A DNA stretch of 64,000 bases from an uncultured Poribacteria bacterium (GTDB lineage Bacteria > Poribacteria > WGA-4E > WGA-3G), in the NCBI GenBank assembly GCA_958296135.2, contig CATQHZ020000001.1, positions 1,344,001 to 1,408,000 on the forward strand. The letters are read 5' to 3'. Of the stretch, positions 56,461-64,000 are shown in pieces; the stretch's first letter is position 1, and each line of letters begins with the position of its first letter. The position numbers and the translations under genes are program-made. The notes under the pieces are model-generated. The model saw only the letters and a list, made by a program, of their open reading frames with translations, was not told the origin of the DNA and did no database searches.

Positions 56461-57975
56461 ATGAGCACATACGATGCCTTGCGAGGGACAGGCCCTCGCG
56501 CTACGGATAGCGGCAGTGATTACCCGGGTCCTAATCTAGAGCTCCTTGAAGCGCAGGCGAGGGTTTGCACGGGCCCGCACCAGACGCGCCCGTTAGGAAA
56601 TCCAGATGGGCCTCAGCCAGCATCCATATTGGAGATTATCCTCAAATCGCTTGTAGGCGGCCTGCCGAGAGAGGAGACTGCCTCATCGGCACAGATGGGC
56701 GCGTTTTTCACAGCGATGACGCTCCGGAACTATTTCCCCGAGGCGACGCGGTGGAGTCCAGCGGAACGAGAAGCGTTCTGTCACTACCAGTCTATGCTTG
56801 AGGAAAAGTTGCCCCCGGAGATTCGCTACCTGATGGCTCCGATGCGCGGTTATGTCCCGACAAATCCGACAGAGGCGGTTGTCGTCACCGCGTTAGAGAA
56901 GATTTTACGGGCGAAACATCTAGATTACGGCGAAACTCGGCAAATGTGTACTGCTGTCCTCAGCGATGCTGTCAAGCCGGCTCTCAAAGCTGCCGCGCTA
57001 ATCGGGCAACGGATGAACCGCGAAACGTACGAGGAGGTGCGCGGCTATCTGGATGCCTTTTTTGCACCGGAAGAGGTGCGTCCCATTGCTGTCAATTCAC
57101 TCACCCATTTTGGGCAGCCTTACGATGGCGTGACACGCTATTTTCGCCCGACACTTTTTGTGGCAGCTGTTCGTGCTGCGCTTGGTGAAGCTTCCGTGCT
57201 CCACAGTGTTGATGTGATGCCGCCGAAAAACGGCGTTACCGAAGAGGCGATTTTAAAGGCACTCGGTGCAAATACGACGCTATCGCTTGAACAGACAGCA
57301 GCACGCATCGCCGACAAGACGGTTGGGTTTGGGTATGTCAGTCAGCGCGAATATTCGCCCGGTGCCTACGCTTTGCGGGAACTGCGGGTGCATATTAAGA
57401 AACGGCCGCCATGGGCGGCTACGGAGAAGGCACAGCAGTTCTTTTCGGCTGTGGGAGCGCGGGGGACAGGCCCGCGCGCTGCGGCAAACTACATGGTGCT
57501 AGGCTACTATCATATCGGTTATGAGAAGCCGCTCCTGCAATTGGCGTGGGAGCGCGGTTTCGACGGTGCCGTTGCAGTCAAAGGTGAGGAAGGCAGCAGT
57601 CATTACGCGCTCCGCCTCGGAAAACCTTCTACGTCGGACAGGATGGCGATTAATTATTCGCAAGGCTTCCTGCGCGTTGATGGACATCGCGAAGACTTCG
57701 CCGTGGATATTAATCCTTCGGACTACGGATTTGGCTATGCCCGGAGCCCGCGTCCGGAAAGCATTAGCCCGCATGCGTTCGCTGAAGCCGGCATCGCCGC
57801 GCTCTCCGGACAAAAAGGCCATATCTATGACAGAATTGTCCTCAACACGGCGATGGTGGATTATCTGTTAGGGATTTGCCCAGAACCGCGCCGTGCTATC
57901 ACGCGCGCGCGGGCTGCAATTGATGATGGCAGCGCGCTGAAACACCTCAGGGCGTATGTCGCTGCCAGCTGCTAG
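56461..57975 (+). CDS. Anthranilate phosphoribosyltransferase-like (TrpD/YbiB-fold) protein, long form
   Basis: 'AQMGAFF', 'GQPYDG', 'MPPKNGVT', 'KKRPP', 'VKGEEG'; lacks the canonical TrpD GTGGD motif. Confidence 0.72.
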   Translation: MSTYDALRGTGPRATDSGSDYPGPNLELLEAQARVCTGPHQTRPLGNPDGPQPASILEIILKSLVGGLPREETASSAQMGAFFTAMTLRNYFPEATRWSPAEREAFCHYQSMLEEKLPPEIRYLMAPMRGYVPTNPTEAVVVTALEKILRAKHLDYGETRQMCTAVLSDAVKPALKAAALIGQRMNRETYEEVRGYLDAFFAPEEVRPIAVNSLTHFGQPYDGVTRYFRPTLFVAAVRAALGEASVLHSVDVMPPKNGVTEEAILKALGANTTLSLEQTAARIADKTVGFGYVSQREYSPGAYALRELRVHIKKRPPWAATEKAQQFFSAVGARGTGPRAAANYMVLGYYHIGYEKPLLQLAWERGFDGAVAVKGEEGSSHYALRLGKPSTSDRMAINYSQGFLRVDGHREDFAVDINPSDYGFGYARSPRPESISPHAFAEAGIAALSGQKGHIYDRIVLNTAMVDYLLGICPEPRRAITRARAAIDDGSALKHLRAYVAASC

Positions 57976-59114
57976 ATATACCCGGTTGAACCATCGGGGC
58001 GGATGGGACACGTCCGCTGCCAATGGATATACTCGTTGTCCGTAATCGCCGATTCGTCTATCTCTACGCCGAGTCCCGGCCGGTCGCGCAGTTCCAAATA
58101 CCCGTCTTTCGGCAGGTAGGGTTCGTCTATCCACGCGTTCCATTCTGTTTCTGTCGGCAGGAGATATTCGAGGATTTTGAAGTTCGGTGTCGCGGCGGCG
58201 AAATGGACGTTGACGGCTGTCGCTAGCGGTCCCATTGGGTTGTGCGGTGCGATGCTGACGTAGTGTGCCTCGGCAATTGCTGCGATTTTGCGCATCTCTA
58301 ACAACCCGCCGCACACGCAAATATCAGGTTGGATGATGTCGGCCCCTTGTGCTGCGATTAAATCCAGAAATTCAAAGCGAGTGTAGAGTGATTCGCCTGT
58401 GGCGAGGGGCACCTGCATCTGGGCTCTCAGCCGTGTCCATGCCGGGATATGTTCCGGACGGAGCGGTTCCTCGTAGAAATAGGGCTCGTAAGGTGCGAGC
58501 GCGTTGGCAAGCTGCAGTGCCCGGATCGGCTCGAAAATTTTCGCGTGCGGGTCGAAGGCAAACTCCCAATCATCAGGCGTGTTGTCTCGGATTTGCTCAA
58601 AGTAGTTCGCCGCGGCGGTGCAAACGCGCCCCCATCTGTGTGCCTCGGGTTCGAGTTGATAGGGGCTCGTCTTAAAGGCGGTGAATCCCCACTCTTCGTT
58701 CAGTTTGCGCGCCTGGTCTGCTGCTTCGATACCGTCTCTACCGCCGATGCTCCGGTAGACGCGCACCCGGTCGCGGGCGTGCCCACCGAGGAGCATGTAG
58801 ATAGGGAGTCCCGCCGCCTTCCCGCTGATGTCCCACAGCGCGTGATCTACGGCGGAAATCACTGCTAGCCCTGCACCACCCGGCGGGAAACGGAATTGCT
58901 GGTGCAGTTTCATCATGATATATTCGATGCGCCTCGGGTCATCGCCTTGAATCATCTCACAGATGTAGTCGGCGATGGGCTGAACGGAGAGGTCTGGGCC
59001 GGTGGAATATGCTTCCCCCCAGCCAGAGAGTCCCTCATCAGTTTCAATCTTGATAAGCCCGCGCGGGCGGTTGCCGAAGCGTGCCATAAAGGTTTTGATA
59101 GCGGTAATTTTCAT
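57972..59114 (-). CDS. Mandelate racemase/galactonate dehydratase-like enolase superfamily enzyme
   Basis: 'ISAVDHALWDISGK', 'YEEP', 'ATGE', 'IIQPD', 'APHNP'. Confidence 0.9.
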   Translation of the reverse strand: MKITAIKTFMARFGNRPRGLIKIETDEGLSGWGEAYSTGPDLSVQPIADYICEMIQGDDPRRIEYIMMKLHQQFRFPPGGAGLAVISAVDHALWDISGKAAGLPIYMLLGGHARDRVRVYRSIGGRDGIEAADQARKLNEEWGFTAFKTSPYQLEPEAHRWGRVCTAAANYFEQIRDNTPDDWEFAFDPHAKIFEPIRALQLANALAPYEPYFYEEPLRPEHIPAWTRLRAQMQVPLATGESLYTRFEFLDLIAAQGADIIQPDICVCGGLLEMRKIAAIAEAHYVSIAPHNPMGPLATAVNVHFAAATPNFKILEYLLPTETEWNAWIDEPYLPKDGYLELRDRPGLGVEIDESAITDNEYIHWQRTCPIRPDGSTGYI

Positions 59115-59272
59115 TTTTGTATTTCGCAATGCGTTTCGGCGGAGGGAGGCAATCGAGACTGGTTCGATGACTCCGCCTGATGCGTCTGATACCTATTTTG
59201 CATCGAGGCTGGGCGGTTTCTCCTATCCGAGGAAATCGAGACGCGGGAGGTCTCTCCTACCGGGGCGGTTGA

Positions 59273-60799
59273 CTACCATGGATGCGTCCGAAACGGCGAT
59301 GCCGGCAACCCTTCCTTGTTTATCAGATTTGGTTCCGCTGTTTGATGCCAACCGAATCGAACGGCCACAGGCTGAGACACGGTGTCGCTTGATACGACGA
59401 TTGTGTCTTCCTCAATTGTTGCTGTCGCTGTGACGAAGTTTTTATCTTCGCCGGCAATCTCAAACCATGTGAGGGGTTCGCCATCGCCCGAGGTTAAGCC
59501 GCTGCCGACAAAATCAAAGTTGAGGCGGATGGCGTTTCCATCAACCTCCATCGATTTGTAAAGCGGGCCGGAGTAGGTAACGTCTTCTCTGCCATACGTT
59601 TTCGCAAGTGCCCACAGGGCGAGCCGTCTACCGACTTCCTGTTTGTTGCGCGGATGGATGTCTTTCGGGTTGCCGATATCGGTTGTCACTGCCATGCCGG
59701 TATTCGGTACGGATAATGTTGCTGTTTGCGCCTCCCAGATTTCTGCGAGGAGATGTGGACTGCCCCCCCAGCCGCTGTAATCGTAGGGTGCGAGTTGCAC
59801 GAAGTAGAATGGAAAGTCGCCTTGTTTCCAGACTTCGCGCCATCCGTTGATGAGTGCTTTCATCTTTTCGTGGTAGAGTCTGCCATCCCTAAGGTTCGAT
59901 TCCCCCTGATACCAAATCGTGCCGCGCATCGCAAAGGGGACGAGCGGATGCACCATGCCGTTGTAGAGGCCTGTTGGCTGGGCGTGATGCGTTAGCGGGT
60001 GCCGATTGTCCGGCATCGGGCTGATAACTTCACCTGTTTCCAACGCCTTGCGCGTCTCCGCTATCCATGCTTCAATCGCGGCCATTTTCTCTGGAAGTTC
60101 CGCCCGATATTTTGCGTGGATGTCTTGGAGCTCCTTGGAGGTAGATTCAAGCGCGTGCACCGAATCGAAACCGACCGGGGGTGTCCACGGTTCAATCCGG
60201 GTGCCGCCCCACGACGTGTTGATTAGCCCGATAGGCACATCGAGATTTTTGTAAAGTTTCCGTCCGAAAGCGTAGGCGACGGCAGAGAAGTTTTCGATAG
60301 TCTCTGGCGTGGTAGGATGCCATTCTGCTTCAACATCAGGCACTAGCAACCCGGAGGCTTTGTGCGGGATATCAAACAACCGAATCATTGGGTAATCCGC
60401 CTCGGCGATTTCTGCCTCGCTATCCTTTGAAGCCCGAACTGGCCATTCCATGTTGGATTGCCCGGAGCATACCCACACTTCTCCGAACATCACGTTCGTG
60501 AGTTTAAGCGTGTTGCTAGCGGCTACATGCAGCGTATAGGGGCCGCCGGCTGACATGGCTGGCAGTTTTGCGTGCCAATTGCCCTTCGCGTCTGCCGTTG
60601 TCTTCACTGCATGGCCAGTGTCCTGTAGGGTTACTGCAACCTCTTCGCCTGTGGCTGCCCATCCCCAGATTAGCACGGGCATGTCGCGTTGCATCACCAT
60701 GTTGTTGCCGAAGATGTGCGGCAATGTTACTTCTGCGTGCGCGGGGGATTGTGTGCAAAACAGCATGTAACCGATGAGCAGTATCATAAATCGTTTCAT
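59273..60799 (-). CDS. Sialate O-acetylesterase family protein, secreted
   Basis: ATG 60799; signal peptide; 'GEVWVCSGQSNM', 'WGGTRIEPW', 'WYQGESN', 'DIHP'. Confidence 0.9.
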   Translation of the reverse strand: MKRFMILLIGYMLFCTQSPAHAEVTLPHIFGNNMVMQRDMPVLIWGWAATGEEVAVTLQDTGHAVKTTADAKGNWHAKLPAMSAGGPYTLHVAASNTLKLTNVMFGEVWVCSGQSNMEWPVRASKDSEAEIAEADYPMIRLFDIPHKASGLLVPDVEAEWHPTTPETIENFSAVAYAFGRKLYKNLDVPIGLINTSWGGTRIEPWTPPVGFDSVHALESTSKELQDIHAKYRAELPEKMAAIEAWIAETRKALETGEVISPMPDNRHPLTHHAQPTGLYNGMVHPLVPFAMRGTIWYQGESNLRDGRLYHEKMKALINGWREVWKQGDFPFYFVQLAPYDYSGWGGSPHLLAEIWEAQTATLSVPNTGMAVTTDIGNPKDIHPRNKQEVGRRLALWALAKTYGREDVTYSGPLYKSMEVDGNAIRLNFDFVGSGLTSGDGEPLTWFEIAGEDKNFVTATATIEEDTIVVSSDTVSQPVAVRFGWHQTAEPNLINKEGLPASPFRTHPW

Positions 60800-60934
60800 A
60801 TCATAACACCTGAAGGTATAAGTTTTTTGATAGGGTAAAGCATAGCAGAAATTCTGTGAAAATGCAACTGTTTTTTTATCGGAGAGTGTGGTAGCAGACG
60901 GCCAAGCAATGCTATCCCTCACACGCCAAAAATG

Positions 60935-62389
60935 TTACCACAGCGTATTCTGCAACGGTTTTCCCGTATACGGGTCTGTCAGTTGGGGCAGCCGTAACCT
61001 CCCACGCTGCCCATCAAAATGTTCTGACATCGAATAGCATTGCACGCGCGGAAACATCTCCGTGCCGATAACGACTGTGCCTTTGTTGGCTATCTCCACT
61101 ATCGCATGCGGAGACGTAACCCGGTTGAGTGTCAGGTAAATCCCCAGGGCGGCGTTTTCCCGTTCAATAACGTGCAGAAAATCACGGAGCTGGCTCAACG
61201 AAAACTTGCCGCTTTTCACTTGGGCGAGCACCAGCGGTTTGTAGCCGCCCCCAGGTTGCTCCACGGTGTTGCCGATGCCGTCAATGCCGCCATCGGCACC
61301 GCCCCGCTCATTCGGCGCGAGCCCCGGCACGCAGCCGATAGCCCAAATTTCAAAGTGCCGCCGGTTGTCACTGGCCAACCGCACCGCACTCGCAAAGTCT
61401 GCAGGAATACCCGTGATGGGAATCTCGCGTCCCGGAAACCGGTGCGTCCTGATAATATCCAGCGCAATCGGGTTGATGTCCACGCCCACCCACTGCCGCT
61501 TGAGGTTATCCGCGGCGACTACCGTCGTGCCGCAGCCACAGCCCGGGTCTAGCACAATGTCTCTCTCTCTTGACGATGCTTCAATGATACGTTCCAGCAG
61601 CGCGACCGGCTTCTGTGTCGGGTACCCCAGCCGCTCCTTCGCTATAGAATTCAGGGAGGGAATATCAGTCCACCAATCGTTACATGTCATTCCTTCTTCC
61701 GGATAGTAGACGCGCGTTTGCCCTGCGTCTACGCGAATGCGGCATTTGCGGCCCTGTTTGTCAACATGCCGATAATGACTCGCCAGATATTCGTCACTAA
61801 TCGGTATTCGATAATCTCCCCAGAACGCCGCATCGGTTTTGGTGTAGAGGAAGATAGTATCGTGCTTCTTGACGAAGAACCGTTTTGAACGGCCGCTGTT
61901 AGAATAACACCATCGAATGGCGTTGCGGAACTGCTTAGGGCCGAAGATGTCGTCTAGGAGAATCTTGAGATGAGGGCCCGCGGTGTTATCGCAGTGGAGG
62001 TAGAGACTCCCCGTGGGTTTGAGGAGCCGGTGGATTTCCACGAGGCGTTCCGCCATGTAACTGAGATAGGCCATCATGCCGCTGTCTCCAAGGAGGAGGT
62101 GGAGTGCGGTAATGGCTTTATAGGCGGGGTGCGCCGGTGCATTTTTGATGCGTTGGACCCGTTCAACAGCGGCTGCGCCCCATGTCCAGGTATCCTCAAA
62201 CGCTTTGAGGGATGCATTGCGGGTGCCTCGGTTTGTATCGGTTTCGACACGATAGAGTTGGTTATAGTTCGCCTTGCTGTTAAACGGCGGGTCGGCGTAA
62301 GCGGTGTCCACCCATCCGTTGCGCCAGGTGCGCATGATGTGGAGGTTATCGCCGTAGTGAAGGCTATTCAGTTCGGGCATGATAAGCAT
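60935..62389 (-). CDS. N6/N4 DNA methyltransferase fused to an Mrr-like restriction-endonuclease domain
   Basis: AAGGAG plus ATG 62389; 'DPPF', 'YPTQKP', 'DPGCGCGTT'; C-terminal 'DGGIDG...QVK'. Confidence 0.85.
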   Translation of the reverse strand: MLIMPELNSLHYGDNLHIMRTWRNGWVDTAYADPPFNSKANYNQLYRVETDTNRGTRNASLKAFEDTWTWGAAAVERVQRIKNAPAHPAYKAITALHLLLGDSGMMAYLSYMAERLVEIHRLLKPTGSLYLHCDNTAGPHLKILLDDIFGPKQFRNAIRWCYSNSGRSKRFFVKKHDTIFLYTKTDAAFWGDYRIPISDEYLASHYRHVDKQGRKCRIRVDAGQTRVYYPEEGMTCNDWWTDIPSLNSIAKERLGYPTQKPVALLERIIEASSRERDIVLDPGCGCGTTVVAADNLKRQWVGVDINPIALDIIRTHRFPGREIPITGIPADFASAVRLASDNRRHFEIWAIGCVPGLAPNERGGADGGIDGIGNTVEQPGGGYKPLVLAQVKSGKFSLSQLRDFLHVIERENAALGIYLTLNRVTSPHAIVEIANKGTVVIGTEMFPRVQCYSMSEHFDGQRGRLRLPQLTDPYTGKPLQNTLW

Positions 62390-62504
62390 TGTTAATTCTC
62401 CTTGCGGCAATCTGGCGGATACAGATTCGCCGAGGCTGAACCGCGAAAGGGTGGTTCGTGCTGAAGCGGAGGAATGATGGGCATCGCATGCGGTGTCATA
62501 TCGC

Positions 62505-64000
62505 TTAGGACATCGATTGCATCCGTTCCGCAAGATGACTATTCCGTTCCATCACCTGATTGTTGCGGATACATAAGCCGAGTGCTTGTCGCGTGCCGAC
62601 AAGCACCACCCGCTCCTTTGCCCGCGTGATGCCGGTGTAAAGTAGATTCCGTTGCAACATGAGATAGTGTTGCGTGTGCAACGGAATTACCACGGCGGGG
62701 TATTCGCTACCTTGTGCTTTGTGGATAGTCGTTGCATACGCCAAGACGAGTTCTCCCAGGTCTGCCATATCGTAATCAACGCGTTTGTCTGGAAATTGGA
62801 GTAGCACCTTCTTATCAACTGAGTTGATACTGGCAATCCTACCGATGTCGCCGTTGAACACCTCATAATTGTAGTTGTTGCGGACTTGCATTACCTTATC
62901 GCCGACGCGGAACGCTTGCCATCCACGGAGTGCCTCGGGATTAGTTTTTCTTGCGGATTCGGGACCCGAGGTCCCTCCTACTGGGTTCAGCACCTCCTGG
63001 AGCCGTTTGTTGAGGTTTTCGGAACCGAGGGTGCCGCGCCGCATCGGGCACAGCAGCTGGATATCGTCCATCGGATGGTAGTTGTAGTGCCGCGGCAAGC
63101 GTTCCGAAATCAGGGAGCAGATGAGTTCTGCTGCCTCCTCCGGGTTGGCCTCCTCAATAAAAAAGAAGTTTCTATCTGTAGGCCCCGTGAGCTGCGGAAA
63201 TTCTCCCGTGTTAATCCGATGTGCGTTTGTGACAATCAGGCTCTGCTGTGCTTGGCGGAAGATTTCTGTCAGTTTAATCACCGGTATCTTTTGAGAATCG
63301 ATAAGCGCGCGCAGCACGTTGCCCGCGCCGACAGAGGGCAGCTGATCTGTGTCGCCTATCAGAATGAGGGTGGTACTCGGGCGCATCGCCTGCATGAAAC
63401 GGTTCATCAGCACCAAATCTACCATGGACATCTCGTCTACAATCACCACGTCGGCTTCCAGCGGGTTGCGCCGGTTGCGTTTGAATCCGTTTTCTTGCGG
63501 CGAAAATTCCAATAGGCGATGTATCGTCTTTGCCTCGCGCCCGGTTGTTTCGCTGAGCCGTTTGGCGGCGCGCCCGGTCGGTGCTGTCAAGGCGATGCGT
63601 CTGCCTTCTGCTTCAAACAGCCGAATCATGCCGACGGTGGTAGTGGTTTTGCCGGTGCCGGGGCCGCCTGTGAGAATCATCGCCTGTTCGGAGAGCGCGG
63701 TGTGAATTGCTGCGCGTTGCTGCGGCGCGAAGTGGATGCGCATTTCTGCCTCTAACTGCCGTAACGATGCATCAATGTGGAGTGGCGAGTCGTGTTCGCG
63801 ATGCCGATGGGATAGCATGCGCGCAAACTGGTTCGCGACCCCTAATTCGGCGTAGTAGAAAGGCGCGAGGTAGACAGCATCGGCAGCCCCTGCGGTAGGC
63901 GCGGTTTGTAACGCCTCGTCCTTGACAATGGGGGTAACCAATTCCTCTGTTCCCGGTGAACGCGGAGGTTCACGCCTCTTATCTGGTAGGATAATTTCCT
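62505..64000 (-). CDS. recD2: RecD2-like SF1B helicase (5' end outside window)
   Basis: Frame is open to the window edge; 'TGGPGTGKTT', 'APTGRAAKRL', 'DEMSM', 'GDTDQLPSVG', 'TIHKAQGSE', 'LLYTGITR'. Confidence 0.92.
   Translation of the reverse strand, partial: EIILPDKRREPPRSPGTEELVTPIVKDEALQTAPTAGAADAVYLAPFYYAELGVANQFARMLSHRHREHDSPLHIDASLRQLEAEMRIHFAPQQRAAIHTALSEQAMILTGGPGTGKTTTTVGMIRLFEAEGRRIALTAPTGRAAKRLSETTGREAKTIHRLLEFSPQENGFKRNRRNPLEADVVIVDEMSMVDLVLMNRFMQAMRPSTTLILIGDTDQLPSVGAGNVLRALIDSQKIPVIKLTEIFRQAQQSLIVTNAHRINTGEFPQLTGPTDRNFFFIEEANPEEAAELICSLISERLPRHYNYHPMDDIQLLCPMRRGTLGSENLNKRLQEVLNPVGGTSGPESARKTNPEALRGWQAFRVGDKVMQVRNNYNYEVFNGDIGRIASINSVDKKVLLQFPDKRVDYDMADLGELVLAYATTIHKAQGSEYPAVVIPLHTQHYLMLQRNLLYTGITRAKERVVLVGTRQALGLCIRNNQVMERNSHLAERMQSMS

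Overview
This is a gene-dense 64-kb bacterial window of moderately high GC. Its gene content and style (dockerin-like tails plus a FlgD-Ig-like 'LLPNYPNPFNPETWIPY' tail, AAA + PD-(D/E)XK paralogs, MNT-HEPN) resemble Candidatus Poribacteria-type marine or sponge-associated genomes; that assignment is inference. The left half is mainly housekeeping and envelope genes (cstA, S55 peptidase plus beta-propeller, bioA, truD, E2 acyltransferase, pspA-ABC, ubiB-like kinase, ruvX, mltG, lpxC-fabZ, lpxA, lpxI). At about 30.8-55.2 kb, a minus-strand surface-glycan locus carries four sulfotransferases, Wzi, a flippase, a polymerase/ligase, glycosyltransferases, an epimerase, a clan GH-A hydrolase and two tandem sulfatases. 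Five observations are not captured by the ORF track. (1) A Rdx/SelW selenoprotein (CxxU with a SECIS-like hairpin) lies at 28937-29167. (2) An ~84-88 bp dispersed element is sense-oriented at gene junctions and supplies stop codons, RBSs and start codons or N-termini to unrelated genes. (3) Several families of GTAG-type REP-like palindromes have inserted in frame into more than 10 proteins. (4) An ORF-free, structured unit with a promoter and terminator at about 1995-2410 is a candidate ncRNA. (5) A ferredoxin-membrane-HSP20-like fusion is present. I recognised no rRNA, tRNA, CRISPR array or transposase. All calls come from reading motifs by eye; no database searches were run.
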